In this document: positions 42,273 through 60,424 of the stretch, piece by piece | How positions within the stretch are numbered: position 1 is the stretch's first letter | Layout: every line of letters begins with the position of its first letter | Assembly: GCA_964016885.1 (NCBI GenBank) | Contig: OZ024755.1 | Coordinates: forward strand, 30,566,001 to 30,630,000 | DNA length: 64,000 bases | DNA from: Eledone cirrhosa | Lineage: Eukaryota | Direction of reading: 5' to 3' | Position numbers and translations under genes: made by a program | Notes under the pieces: model-generated | The model's input: only the letters and a program-made list of their open reading frames with translations | What the model was told of the DNA's origin: nothing | Databases searched by the model: none

Positions 42273-42994
42273 CAAGGGTGGGCAAACTACGGGCTAAATG
42301 CGACCCGTGGAAGCATTCGACGAATTAATAAACAAATTTTCGAATATAATACTTAAGCCGAGACTAGATCTAGTTGCAGTTTTGTACCAGAGAGAACAGA
42401 GATGAAAAATGTCTATCTTTGAGAATCTTTGCTGCCAGATTGTTTTCTATTTTGGGGTCACCTTACATCTGTGAACATAGTTATTCCTGTCTTAAAACAA
42501 ACAAGTCCAAGAACAGATCCATGATTTCGGACACAAACCTGCATCCAGGGCTGAAAATTTCTATCAGTAACCTTGTGCCAGATTTTAAAAAAAGTTGTAA
42601 CAAATTGTGACCATTCGCATTTGTCTCATTAAATTGTTTGTTCTGGTATGTTTTGTGATGTACAGACACAAATTAAAAGAAAACTGTGTTTTAAGATGTA
42701 TTGTATTTATTAACATTTTATTAATTTATGTATTATATTGATGCAGTTTATATTTTATATTTTTTAAATTCTAACTAAAGAAATGTAAGGTCACTGGCAC
42801 ACTATATCCAATAATATCTAGTACTATACTATACTATATACAATACTATCTAGTACTGTACTATATCCAATATGTAGTATTATACTATACTGTACTATAC
42901 TATACTATACTGTACTTATATCCAATAATAAATGGAGAGACCCGCTGTTATTCAGTCAATGTGGACCTCGATCCAGAAAGTTTGCCCACATATG
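42273..42994 (+). mobile_element. Internally deleted hAT (Buster/SPIN-like) DNA transposon
   Basis: 8-bp TSD TCCTAGAC (42265-42272, 42995-43002); TIR core GTGGGCAAACT/AGTTTGCCCAC; ORF 42374-42610 matches hAT C-terminal dimerisation motif (LFSILGSPYICEHSYSCLKTNKSKNRSMISD..PDF). Confidence 0.9.
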
Positions 42995-43289
42995 TCCTAG
43001 ACTGTATCTAAAGAAAGGCAGTTGACTGATTGCCATGAAGCCCTCCAAAGTTTAACTAATAGACATCCTGTCTCCTCTCTCTTTCTGTGCCTTCTCTCTC
43101 TCTCTCTAAACATATACACACATCTAATACGTAAGCATATAAACATGCCAGAAAATACAAATTTCCCTATTAATTGAAAAGGGGATGAAGATCTTTAATT
43201 GATTTTCGGATCTTATTGGACACTCAACAGAAGACGTGTATATCTTCAATTAACCACAAAGGAAACATGTATCTGATGTGTATGTATAC

Positions 43290-43512
43290 GTGAAGGCGCG
43301 TGGCTGAGTGGTAAGAGAATTGGATACGCAATCGTCAGGTAGTGAGTTCGATTCCCGGACCTGGTGATGCGTTATGTCCTTCAGCAAGACACTTTATTTC
43401 ACATTGCTCCTTCTACCTGGAGTTGCAACTGATAGATAGTATTAGCAATTGGAAAGACCAATGGAAACATTGTTTCCTCGGTCCGATTTGACGAAAGTCG
43501 ATCGACTGTCGA
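43290..43512 (+). mobile_element. SINE family 2a (tRNA head, TGTCCTTGAGCAAGACACT core)
   Basis: A box TGGCTGAGTGG, B box GAGTTCGATTCC, TSD ATGTATAC; other copies at 5599-5813 (-), 6412-6618 (+), 36268-36450 (+). Confidence 0.85.
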
Positions 43513-43556
43513 TGTATACCCATTCGCTCTTAGTATTATTCCGAAATATAAGCGTG

Positions 43557-43597
<41 letters not shown>

Positions 43598-43859
43598 ATA
43601 TATAATTCAGTGTATGACTTTAAAAAAAGTTACTGGTAGAAGTTTAAGTTAACTAGACCTAGGTAATCTAAAACAAAGGAATGGCATAGAAGCAATGGTT
43701 CTAAGATGCTACATTTCCCCCTGCATTCTCTTTAACAGTGTTGAACATTGTAGCTACTATACAAAATACTATGTTAATCATATTCCAGACAAATCATATA
43801 ATTAGTAAAGTACAATTGAAGGAGTGTTTGAGGACTCTGGTTCCCACGACCCTCTGAAG

Positions 43860-44143
<284 letters not shown>

Positions 44144-45782
44144 AAAGAAAAAGAAGAAGACACATTACATAAAGAGCAAGCATTGCAGAAAACTGTCGAG
44201 TTTTTTTTTTAATAAGGATAGAAATAATTACATAGATTTCAGCATGTAAATTATCTGTATGGTCATAAATAAAAGCGTTTTGGGTGTCTGATTGTATAAC
44301 ATGAGGCGTCGTCGATTTGACAGTGTTTTTTTTTTATTTATTTATTTTTGTAACTTACTGAACATGCGTTCGTAACTGACTGGAAAGAATGATAGCCTAA
44401 AAAGATATTTATAAGCTAAACAAATTGAGTATGCAGATACCTGCAATGAATATTTATATAGGATATGGAAACAGCAAAGAAGATACTACTTACGTTGCTT
44501 TCTAGAAGTGCAACGTGAACTTGAATATATATGAGAATGAGTTTGAAGTATGTGCATTTCTGATGCTAAGGGACATTTTTTACGGACACGCCATTTAAAG
44601 GTTTTGAAAGGCGGTAAACGTTTAGGAAAAAAGTCGGTAATTCCTTGTTAAGTGTTTGCTTGTCCAAACTTAAGACGATTTGTCTGCACTTACAGTAGTA
44701 ATCCATATTCCTTGAGTACTTCAAAAAATATCATGGATTAATGCGTGCTGTGAATTTTACAGTTACACAGTTGTTAAAAAGACGTTTATATAGATAGTGA
44801 GAGATATTCGATCGATCACAAGACAAAGTATTTCTAAGATGTAGCTATTTCTTGGATCATCCATCTTTTCATCCTTGGGGTTGAATTTGTTAAGGCTTCG
44901 TTTCTTTCTTGATGTTTCTGTTTTCCTGAATTCACACTCCATTGCACAATCACTTTCTCCATTTATTATTATTTCCAGCTGTTTTAATACATCTTACAGA
45001 TGTCTTACCATATTCCAAGGTACTAAGATAATCTAGGCTTCCATGGAGCCAATATCCGGAGGTCAATTTCAGGATTCTGTAAGCCTACAATAGCATGAAT
45101 ACTTGTTAAATTATTATGAAAGGGTTGCTAATTATCAAAAGATAAAGGCAGTAACGTGCCAAATGTCTTTCTTTGTTCTAAACTTTCATCATTCTCTTAC
45201 ATAACTTTGCTTTCCTCAGCTCTTCCTGCTGCACTGCTCTCCTATTATTCCTATGTTTAATACCGGCCAAGTAGTATGTAATACATCTAGTTACAAATAT
45301 TCAACGTCCCACTTCAACTGACAACTCTCAAACCTACGTGCCTCATATTATTTCATAACTCCGTCATATTAAACGCCCTCCTTTCATATGTTAACTCTAT
45401 GGATTCCAAAAGGTATCTACCACATTTTTTCCACATCTCAACCCTGGGGATTTCTTAGTAACACCAACACACGTTGAGTACTTCTAAGAAAAACATCATT
45501 GTTTCTACTGCTACTAAAACCGCCTCGGTTATGCACTAACCGCAAAATTGAGTGCATGCACTCCAGAATACCTACGATTTGGAATTCTCTCCCTGCATAA
45601 TGTTTCCTGCAACTGTTCAAGTAATGCGTTACATACAGCAGTTTCTACTGGTCTGGGAGTACCTTGGCTCCAGTAAAGCCACAAGGAAAGGCAATAATTC
45701 CAAATCCAACTAATTAGAACATTCTACTACAGTTAAACAAGGTTTTGAGGCCAAGTAATATTGTTTGAAATCAATATTAATA

Positions 45783-46345
45783 GGCGGTGAATTGGCAGTA
45801 TCGGTAGAGGGTCGGACGCCATGCTTTGACGCATAGAGTTATGGCCATTGCCATTCTGAGTTCAAATCCCGCCGAGGTTAACTTTGCCTTTCATCCTTAC
45901 GGGGTCGATAAAATAAAGTACCAGTAATGCACTGGGTAATTGCTGGCCTTGTGCCAAAAGTAGAAACAATATTAATAGGTTCTTACATCTCTTCATTATT
46001 TTAATTAATCTTTGCAGCATACAGTTACGGCCCTTAATGGTCTGAGTTCAAATCCCGCCGAGGTTAACTTTGCCTTTCATTTCTTACAAGGGCCAATAAA
46101 ATAAAGCACCAGTAATGTACTGAGGGTCGATTTAATCGACTTTCCCTCCCTCAAATTACTGGCCTTGTGCCTATACTAGAAATCGTTATTTTAATTAATC
46201 TTTGCAACATAGAGTTACGGCCCTTAATGGTCTGACTTCAAATCCCACCGAGGTTAACTTTGCCTTTCATCTTTACGCAGTCGATAAAATAAAACACCGG
46301 TAATGCACTGGCGTAATTGCTGGCCTTGTGCCAAAAGTAGAAACT
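45783..46345 (+). mobile_element. SINE family 1 (tRNA-derived, Nin/Deu-like core), three tandem copies
   Basis: A box TGGCAGTATCGG, B box GAGTTCAAATCC, core TTTGCCTTTCATCCTTACGGGGTCGATAAAATAAAGTACCAG; first copy flanked by CAATATTAATAGG duplication. Confidence 0.9.
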
Positions 46346-47033
46346 ATAATAAAGTAAGAAGCGCGGGACTGCGTACGGTTTATAATTTTCTATCCCCTGA
46401 GTAAAATAAGTTGGATTACTTTGAATAAATAATTGTTTCTACTTTTGGCACAAGGCCAGCAATTACCCAGTGCATTACTGGTACTTTATTTTATCGACCC
46501 CGTAAGGATGAAAGGCAAAGTCAACCTCGGCGGGATTTGAACTCAGATCGTAAAGGGACGTAACTATGCTGGAAAGCATGGCGTCCGACCCTCTACCGAT
46601 ACTGCCAATCCACCAATAAAGCTTTGAATAAATAAAGCTTTGAATAAATAATGAATGACTATTACATAATTTATTCACTAAATTCCGTGGCTGTTCATTG
46701 AATATATGTTATTACTTATTTAAAGATTCACTTCTTTAAAATGTTCAAATGTCAACACTTCCGGTTAGTGATCGCTTAAATAAATATTCATATATTTCTG
46801 TCACTAATTTTCTCCTAATACAGTTTATATATAATATTGTCTTTTTTTAATGTATCATGGATTACATTACTGATTACATAAGAGAGTCTTCGTTCAATTT
46901 CTATGTATTGTATATTGTCAATTACGATTTTATTTGATGTATCATATCTACATGCATATATACTTGCGTATAATATCAATATACACACTACACATGCTAT
47001 CAGAAAACCACCCGAAGGTTGGTTGTTCTGCTA
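46345..47033 (+). mobile_element. Helitron-like element interrupted by a SINE
   Basis: 3' hairpin CAGAAAACCACCCGAAGGTTGGTTGTTCTG plus CTAG|T; homologous to 59260-60073. Confidence 0.6.
46430..46613 (-). mobile_element. SINE family 1
   Basis: Full-length reverse copy. Confidence 0.88.
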
Positions 47034-47262
47034 GTTATTTTAATTACTCTAGAGACGTCAACGTTTGGTTTCTAATTATTTATGCAACATGTTGACGTTG
47101 ATGCTAGAAGAAAGTGCATTGAAAGTTTACAAGTATAATTCATTATAATAAAATGTTTCAACAATATCCATTCATGAATTCATCTTAAGTCTTGACCTGT
47201 TGTATTTCACTAAAGCGTTTCACTTTAGGAATATATTACCATATATCGTTATTTCAGGTGTC

Positions 47263-47306
<44 letters not shown>

Positions 47307-47930
47307 GTAGAATAGTAATAATAAGTCTAGGACTTAGAAACAAACGGTAGAACATTTGGTATGCTAAATTGCGAGCTTTTCACTGAAATATATTTGTTTT
47401 ATAATATATGTAACAGTATATTGTTATCTGGGTTATTCTAGATATATCATTTACATTCACTGTACAGTTACTCTGTAATCTCATTTTGAAAACAATAGGT
47501 GATGTAGGTGAGATTTCAAAGGCGACGTGTTGTCTCCATCTTGCATGATTTATGTAGTAAAGTATTAGCAGCATAGAACTCATCTTGGGGTTGAGGAAAG
47601 ACATTTGTTGTTCAACTATTTTTGTGTTAAGATTTCTACCTTTATTACGTTCTGAATTCAAATCACGTCCTGGCTTTCAACTTTACATTGCTGATAAAAC
47701 AAGTACTAGTACTAACGTTAAATTGTTTAATTGAAATAGGAGGGAAGACGTTCGAATGAGTTGATTAATTTAAATATTAAGAAAATTGGTAGAAAATGTG
47801 AGACCGATAAAGTTGTAATAAGCTCTGATCATGTTACAAATATCTCAACGAGTGGTGAGAATATCAGACGCGAGTTTGGGGACTTTTATCCATCCCCGGT
47901 GAAGTTTACTCACCCGGTACTGTGACAAGG

Positions 47931-47984
47931 GAAGCACCAGTTCTTGTCTGATCACCAAAGTTATGTAATGTCGAGCTTAGTACT
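47931..47984 (+). pseudogene. 5S rRNA-derived fragment
   Basis: GAAGCACCAGTTCTTGTCTGATCACCAAAGTTATGTAATGTCGAGCTTAGTACT aligns by eye to the middle of invertebrate 5S rRNA (..CACCGGTTCTCGTCCGATCACCGAAGTTAAGCAACGTCG..TTAGTACT). Confidence 0.65.
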
Positions 47985-48439
47985 CTATTTTAGAGGTATA
48001 TGGTACCATTAGTAGTGGTACACTTACGAACAAAGAAGAGCCGAACTCCCACTGTCAACGCCTCCATCTCTCTCGCCCTTCCCATCTATCTGTAATATGA
48101 GCAAATGGGGTCTCACGTGCTGGCCGCCCCACGGCTCCTGCGGATAGAATGTAGAAGGCGTTTCCTCAGAGGATGGTAAGGGAGGTGCGCTGGAAGAGGA
48201 ATTCCAGCACGTGAGGCTGATACCTGCAGCTAGCCAGCTCGGCGCCTATGGTGGTAAGTAGGTAGGTAGCCGTAGGGCAAAGGACACCAGAAGTCTCCAC
48301 TGCTAGGGGCTCGATACTTGGAGAGTTAACTACTGACGTAGATTAGATTGCTTACAGCCTCACTTAAAATATATGGTATTGTGCCTAGGCTAGATATCCT
48401 ATTTTTATATAATTACAGATATCATTTAAACATTTGCTA

Positions 48440-48790
48440 GGGCGGTGAATTAACAGTATCGGTAGAACATCAGACACCATGCTTTTATGGCCCTTTACGT
48501 TCTGAGTTCAAATCCCGCTGAGGTTAGCTTTGCCTTTCATCCTTACGAGGTCGATGAAATAAAATACCAGTAACGCACTGGGGTCGATTTAATCGACTTT
48601 CCCCTCCCCCAAAATTGATGGCCTTGTGCCTAAATCAGAAACAATTATTTAAACATTTGCAAAGTTAACCTCGGAGTTCAAATCCCACCGAGATTAACTT
48701 TGCCTTTCATCCTTACGGTGTCGATAAAATAAAGTATCAGTTATGCAATGGGATAATTTCTGGCCTTGTGCCAAAAGGAGAAACAATTAT
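48440..48790 (+). mobile_element. SINE family 1, two tandem copies just upstream of the splice acceptor
   Basis: Flank ATTTAAACATTTGC repeated three times. Confidence 0.85.
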
Positions 48791-48877
48791 TTAAACATTT
48801 GCTAATTTTTTATGTATGTCCCAGTCTTTATTGATTTGTAGCTCATGGAATGTTTGTTTTTTTTCATATATTTTCAG

Positions 48878-49080
48878 AGATGACTCGTCAGGAGATGATT
48901 GAAGAGAATACGTTATATTCGGAGCAAATCAAGACTTACCGTCGTAAAATGTCAATTCTAACTGATTTGATCCAGCAGCTTGAAGACTCCTATGAAGAAT
49001 CTAAGAGATACGCAATGATGCAGCGTTATCGTCTATTGAAAATGATGATCAAATCTGTTATATACGATAAACTGATTTGA
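48878..49080 (+). CDS. Probable terminal coding exon of a spliced host gene (helical/coiled-coil C-terminus, xMTRQEMIEENTLYSEQIKTYRRKMSILTDLIQQLEDSYEESKRYAMMQRYRLLKMMIKSVIYDKLI*)
   Basis: Polypyrimidine tract and TTTTCAG acceptor at 48871-48877, phase-1 entry, non-repetitive open frame with normal amino-acid composition, TGA at 49078-49080. Upstream exons not identified; product not recognised. Confidence 0.75.
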
Positions 49081-49201
49081 CCGGATGTGACATAAATACG
49101 CTGTAGGTCTGAACGACAGAGAACGTTAAAATGAAATGTAAGAATAAGGGAATTGTGAACACGGATCGATATGTGCAGCAGCTGAATATAAAGGGAAACA
49201 G

Positions 49202-51564
<2,363 letters not shown>

Positions 51565-51677
51565 CTTGTGCGCGTATATGAGTGTACGAGTTAAGTTTTA
51601 AATGGCAAAAGGAAAAAAAAAAAAAACTAATGAAAGAATTCAATATTGGTTTTGTAGCAGAATCAAATACATTATAT

Positions 51678-53252
<1,575 letters not shown>

Positions 53253-54468
53253 TTGAGTGGATAGAACTTTAGAAAGGATATTAGGAACACGCTCATAATT
53301 TAAAATAATTAAAACGTGAAATGACATAACTTAATTTGGTTGTGCTGGGAGAAGAATTATTAGCAGTAATGTCGAATAAAACACATAGATCAACTTTGAT
53401 AGAGTGTGGAGAAACATGATATTACATTTTTTTTAATTATTATAAATTTTAATAACGAGTCACTAATATTTGTGACAAATCCAACGCCAGTACATGAAGT
53501 TTAAATAAAAGAACTGTAGCTAATCAAACGATTCTGATTAACGTGCAAATTCAAAACACTTAATCAATGCTGCTTAATATTCAACAATTCTAGTTTAGAT
53601 TGAGATATAAATTAATAATTCACAGCAGGAACATTTCACAACAGCTTACGTGATCTGACTTGCGATAACGGTTCATGCAATAATTCTGACAAAACGTGAC
53701 AACTTTGTGGTGCACGAAATGTTGCCAATCACAGAGCTGCAGCAACACATTGAGAATATATGGATGCGAGTTAAATAAATAAAACAATTCTTCCTTTCTT
53801 ATCGTAGCATAAGATGCTTAATTAATTATTTTATCATTATTATAGTTTATTTCATTTGTTATTTTTAGTTTTAGTTTTATCTAATTTGTGTTTTGCGAAT
53901 AGACTAATGTAATTAACTAGTTAGTAAAATAAAACATTTTTTTAGATAACCAACAATGTGTTTCATATTACAGAATTTTAAAAATTCCAAAAATAATAAA
54001 ATTATGCTACCTGTCCTACGCTATTAGTTTCCAATATCTTAAATATGACTTCTACATTTACTCCAGAGACCACGTGTATATGATGTGTTTAACAGATGAT
54101 ATAACCGATAAAATTGATCACAGTACTGGGATAATAATTTATTTTCTTTAAAAAGAAAACTAAATTTCAAAGGTGGCAATGGTGCGATTTGAATTCCGAA
54201 AAGTAAAATTAAATAATTAAGACCGGCAGTCATTTTCTGTCATTCTAAGTCTGTCAATTCCCCGCCTATCATTGCATTAGATAGGATCATAGTTAACAGA
54301 AACAGGCATTAAAAGACTACGGCCTACATGACCCCGGGGCAAAATATGTGTATTTCATATTGTTCTACTACATATGTATCAAAGCTTTTGCAGTTGCCAT
54401 CGAAATAATTTTGGCTAATATTTCTCTTCCTTTTATTAGAAATTCAAACTCTTTTTCTTTTCGGATGA

Positions 54469-54504
<36 letters not shown>

Positions 54505-54663
54505 CCAGGGAGTGTAACTTGGAGTTACTGTAGGTTCACTTGGGTGAGCACTCGATGTTTAGGTTCACTTCAGTGACGAGGTGTAGAGCTAGACAGAGTG
54601 TATTATAGAAAAAATAAAATAAAACAAGGACGATTGGTTACTCCTTCATTACGTTTATTGGTT

Positions 54664-54750
54664 GGTGACGCGCGTTTCGCCACTGATCAGCTCACAGTTC
54701 GATCTGTATCGATCTGACCTGACTCTGTAATCCGCGGCTCGTCAGACCCC
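54664..54750 (-). ncRNA. Type I hammerhead ribozyme, canonical core, GUC site
   Basis: Minus strand GGT-CTGACGA-GCCGC..(long insert)..GTGGC-GAAAC-GCGC-GTC-ACC-aaccAATAAA. Confidence 0.8.
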
Positions 54751-54854
54751 TTGTAATTAACATTACAAGGGGCGAAACATTACAAGGGGGCGAACGCGCG
54801 TCACCAACCAATAAACGTAATGAAGGAGTAACCAATCGTCCTTGTTATCTTATT

Positions 54855-54889
<35 letters not shown>

Positions 54890-55156
54890 GTTAAAGCATT
54901 GAGCTTGCAATCGAAAGGTTGTGAGTTCGATTCTTGGACCGAGTAATGCGTTGTGTCCTTACACGTTGCTCTAGTTTACTCAGCTGTAGAAATGAGTTGC
55001 GACGTCACAGGTGCCAAGCTGTATCGGCCATTGCCTTTCCCTTGGACAACATCGGTGGCGTGGAGAGAGGAGACTGGTATGCATGGGCGACTACTGGTCT
55101 TCCACAAAACAAACCTTGCCCGGACTTGTGCCGCGGAGGGATTGATTTGGGTCTTC

Positions 55157-55193
<37 letters not shown>

Positions 55194-55400
55194 TTAAGGA
55201 TACTATTTATGGTTATGTATATACTAAAACCTTTTATAGTTATATATATTTTAAACCCTACACAGTGAAAGACAGTAATTTATTACTACCTTATTACCAG
55301 TAAGATAAATAGCTCAATGTAATAACATCAGTTGTTCTACAGAGCAGTTATATAGAAATTACATGAAAATGGTTTGAACAGAGCTTTGATTCATGTAATT

Positions 55401-55538
<138 letters not shown>

Positions 55539-55580
55539 TGGGATAACAAGTTATCGTTATAGGTGATCCAGTTAGAGGTT

Positions 55581-55691
55581 GTATTCTGAGGATTTGATCA
55601 GAGGTAAATAATGTATTGGAGATCGAATGACGCAACTTCGAGCGATTAGCGGCCTCTAGACTCACCTGGTCAATGAAACAATTGTTAATAC
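55581..55691 (+). ncRNA. Type I hammerhead ribozyme with long stem II insert
   Basis: GTATT-CTGAGGA-T-TTGATCAG..CTGGTCAA-T-GAAAC-AATT-GTT-AATAC-ctgaAATAAA; homologous to 16923-17035. Confidence 0.8.
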
Positions 55692-55747
55692 CTGAAATAA
55701 AGCCCCTTGTTGTACAGCCAACCATGTTACTCTTCATTCTTTCACTA

Positions 55748-55797
<50 letters not shown>

Positions 55798-55849
55798 AAA
55801 ACGTGTGGACGTCAGAAAACGCTCTATATAGTTCACGTTATATAAGAGT

Positions 55850-56055
55850 GTCTACTTTTGGCACAAGACCAGCGATAACCCCCAGTGCATCACTGGTACT
55901 TTATTTTATCGACCTCGTAAGGATGAAAGGCAAAGTTAACCTCAGCGGATTTGAACACAGAATGCAAAGGGTCATAACTATGTTGCAAAGCATGGTGTCT
56001 GACGCTCTACCGATACTGCCAATATTTAAAAAAAGGGGGTTGAAAAGCACACCTG

Positions 56056-56088
<33 letters not shown>

Positions 56089-56572
56089 TAAAGTAGTATA
56101 GTTAATATAATATAAACGCCTTGTGGGATAAATGACTGATAAATACTTCAGAAAGCCGGTACAATATGGTAGACATATATAAAGGGCAAAGGATTACAAA
56201 TTAAACTGAACAAAGTAATGTTTTTTCTTTTGAAGTATATTTCGACATAAAAATCCATTTTTCAAATGTAAAAACAAGAAGAAACGATGCAAAATAAAAA
56301 GAACGCTATGTTCTTCCCTAACTGGTCTACATGTCACTTTGTTGATGATGATGATGATTTCTTTATTGGCCAATGAAAAGATGTCCCACATTTACAACCT
56401 CCCCTGAAGCCAAGTTAAAGCCTAATCTGGGATCAGTAAAACCAGATAAATTACGACACACTAATCAGTGTAATGCTGAAAGGATTGCATCTCAAGGGAG
56501 ACTTACGATTAACAGTGAATCCAATATGACTTTATTAAAAACAATTCTGCTCCATTTATAACTTGTGTATAC

Positions 56573-56606
<34 letters not shown>

Positions 56607-56911
56607 ATACGTGCGTTCGTGAGTGTGTGTGTGTGTATGTGAGTATACGGCGGGCAACTGAAGAATTTCTGTCTGTCAACTTTCTCTTAGAAAACATTGG
56701 TTAGCATGGTGCTATTTAAATAATTGTTTCTACTTTTGGCACAAGGTCAGCAATTATCTCAGTACATTACTGGTGCTTTATTCTATCGACCCCGTAAGGA
56801 TGAAAGGCAAAGTTAACTTCGGCAGGATTTGAACTGAGACGATAAAGGGTCGTAACTCTGTGCTGCAAAGCATGGCGTCAGACTCTCTACCGATACTGCC
56901 AATCCACCGCC
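55850..56911 (-). mobile_element. SINE family 1 copies (55850-56021, 56720-56911)
   Basis: Reverse-complement core and head. Confidence 0.82.
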
Positions 56912-58422
56912 CTCTGTGAGATTGAAATCGGAATAACGTATTTACAATCTGAATATTTTAACCACACAGCTAAGCCTACTGTCGCAATATTGTGCCTTTA
57001 TTTATATAGATCGATGCAACACGTTGTGTCCTACTTCAATCATTGCGGGTTGTATAAACAATATATAGTCATTCTCTTATCCTGTTTGTTTGAAGCGATC
57101 TATAATCTTTGTGAAGCCACATTTCCAGTTTAAAATCAAATATAAGATTGATTTTCTCAATAGGTCATCGCATGATTTTACAGCTGACCAAAAATCGATT
57201 TATTTTTAAGCAACATGTCAGTAGGTGTTCTTTTTTCTTTATTTTTTTGTAAACGTTTCCACATGAATCATAACTGATTTGATTGGACCTGATTTTATTA
57301 ATCGGGATTATGTATCCATCTACAATGATATTGGCATTGGAAGTTTGAATTCCTAGTTACAAGATTGAGATCCTGAATTTGATCCATAAAGAATTTTATA
57401 AGGTGCTCTACTAATCAAAAGAAAATCGAAGTGCTGTCTTTCACAATAGCATTAGCCACGAAGAAAGGCAGCATAAGTTGCTTATGTTGGAACTCGGACT
57501 AATATTGTAAACTCGGTACACCAGAATTTTTTCCCTTCATGGTCATCGCTATTGTTTAGTTCCAGGCTGGCTATGATCAAGAATATCTATGACCAAAACC
57601 ATTCCAGTCATGACTACCCTGTCTAGCATTACCGAATGTCACAATTTAAAGATTAAAACAAATTGTCTGTTGGTCATTTGTTTCTATTCCTAGCAAATCA
57701 ATTAAACATGTAAACACGTTCTCATTTGTTTCTCTTAGCACATATTTTGTGTTTCTAACCCGGCTGAATCTTTATCGATCTATTTTGGTCAAGAAATAAT
57801 ACGTCGACTTCTATCAGCTAAACAAATCTCCATTTCCTCCAAAGACATTGTTTTCAAAAGATGGATAAATTCAATTGAATCTAATCCAACAACTGACCTC
57901 TCCTCACTTTGTAAGTGACAAGCCAAATTCGCCTAGTTAAACCTCAATTCACACTATAGACTGACAAAACTAAAGCTTGAGGTTTCTCTCGAGTTGTCAG
58001 TGTACTGTCAAATTTAAGATTCAAGTCCTCCCAATATTCTAAATTATAATTAATTTAATTTCGAGAATTGACCGCCCTTTCTTTCCTAGATCACAGTTAC
58101 GAATTAATATTAGAATTATGTTTCCTCACTACAGGTATAAGTTTAATAAATTGACATTTCGTGGGTCACTGCAGTAAGTATGTTAGCATGCACTTTACTA
58201 ATACTAAATAATTTGACTTAAAATTACTTGATCTACCGATTAGATTATCTGATATTGATTTCTATCGATATTGTAGTGGGAATTAACGACGAATACGACA
58301 ACACTAGGATGTAACTGTTGTAGAACTGAATAGAAAAGAAATTCAATGGTAGAACAATAAATAATACCTTTGTAAGACAATAGAAACTCGCTAAATCACA
58401 ATACATCGTCATTATGAAACAA

Positions 58423-58610
58423 GGGCGGTGAATTGGCAGTATCGGTAGAAGGTTGGACGCCAGGCTTTCCAGCATAGTTACGTCCCTTTACGGTCTGAGT
58501 TCCAATTCCGTCAAGGTTAACTTTGCCTTTCATCCTTACGGGGTCGATAAAATAAAGTACCAGTTATGCACTGGGATAATTGCTGGCCTTGTGCCAAAAG
58601 TAGAAACAAT
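58423..58610 (+). mobile_element. SINE family 1
   Basis: Full length; TSD ATTATGAAA. Confidence 0.88.
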
Positions 58611-59259
58611 TATGAAATATGACACTTACTTTATATAAGAAAAAGACTTAGCGAGCTAGAATGGCTCTTCCAGCGCGTTTCCTTCACCGTCCTCCAGGGA
58701 AACACCTCATCTATTCTGTCCGCCAGGGCCACGGGGCGGCCTGCGCGTGGGCCCACATTTGCTCACAATAGTGAGAGATGGGGGGGGTGGGGAGAGATGA
58801 AAGCAGTGACAGTGGGAGTTTGGTTCCTTTGTGTTCGGACCTGGTGTATATGAGAGATGGGGAGAGCGAGAGAGATGGGGAGAGCGAGAGAGATGGGGAG
58901 AGCGAGAGAGATGGGGAGAGCGAGAGAGACGGAGGCAGTGACAGTGGTAGTTTGGTTCCTTTGTGTTCGGACCTGGTGTATAGGTATAAGTTTCTCATAG
59001 CTATGTATAGCTTACTTAACGTTTTATATTAGTGAGTGCATTTAAGAGACCTTGGAGTATACAACTACTATATGATTAAATATATCAATCTGTGCCAACG
59101 GCAAGAAATGTGGAATATTCAAGGAAGAAAAGCATAAAGAGCAAAAAGGGTTTTTCATCCTTCTAACCAAGAAACTCTTTTAAATAGCATAAAATAGCAA
59201 CAAAATATGGGAGGCTGTATTACTTGGTTTGTCTGCGAAAACTTAGTCAAAACAATCAT

Positions 59260-60073
59260 AATATAATAAAGGGAAGAATACGGGACTGTGTCCTGAATAT
59301 ATTCTTTTATCCCATTACTAAAATAAGTTGGATTACTTTTTACATAATTTATCTACTAAATTTCGTAGCTGTTGATTAAACATAAATATTCTTATATATA
59401 ATTGTTTCTACTTTTGGCACAAGGCCAGCAATTACTCAGTATATACTGGTACTTTATTTTATCAACCCCGTAAGGATGAAAGGCAAAGTCAACCTCGGCG
59501 GGATTTGAACTCAGATCGTAAAGGGACGTAACTATGCTGGAAAGCATGGCGTCCGACCCTCTACCGATACTGCCAATCCACCGCAATATTCTTATATATA
59601 ATGATTGCTTATTTTAAGATTCATTTCTTTGAAAATTTTCTAATGTCAATACTTCCGGTTATGATATAACGGACGCTATATTATACCGCTTACCTCCCTA
59701 CTCACCATCATAGGCGCTGAGCTGGCCAGCCGCAGGTGTGAGCCCCACGAGTTGGAGTGGTTTTTCCAGCGCGTCTCCCTTGCCATGCTCCGGGGAAACG
59801 CCTTCTCCATTCTGACCGCCGGAGCCCCATCGCGTATCATTCCATATATAATTATGGTCGGTATGTGTATGTTTATGTTTTGGATGTTGACGCAAACCTA
59901 TAGTTTACTGACCAAAATAGATAATATCTTATTATTTCCGACCAGAATTAGACGCTTATATAAAGGTTCATATATTTGCATCGTTATATCATAACGTTTA
60001 TATTGCGTATAATAGCCATATGCACACTAGACATGCTAGCAGAAAAACCACCCCAAGGGTGGCTTTTCTGATA
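59260..60073 (+). mobile_element. Helitron-like element (second copy) with SINE and other nested inserts
   Basis: Shares AAAATAAGTTGGATTACTTT, ACTTCCGGTTA and the terminal hairpin with 46345-47033. Confidence 0.6.
59400..59584 (-). mobile_element. SINE family 1
   Basis: Full length; TSD AATATTCTTATATATAAT. Confidence 0.88.
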
Positions 60074-60424
60074 GTTTATATAAATAGGCTTGACAGAATT
60101 TAACACTTGGCGCCTTGGAAAATATTAAAAAAAATTATAGAAAAGAAATAGTAGAAATGACACATAATCAAATTATGACAAAGTCTGATAAAATAATCGT
60201 AAACTAATATGTGCAAAGCTGCATAATTTTGTAGTTTAATAAAATCGCTCAAATTGTATTGTTAACTATAGACCAGCCATAACCCGTTGGGTCGCGTTCA
60301 CTTCAAAATATTTCTTTAAAATCATGTTGACTTAAAAATAATTTTTAAATAATTAAAATATACGCAGACATGTATATAATGTGAAATTAAACTGGAAGGC
60401 CCATATATATGTGTGTGTATGAAT

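Noticed and set aside
45783-45875. tRNA genes at SINE heads
   Set aside because: A/B boxes present but no cloverleaf, and always fused to the SINE core.
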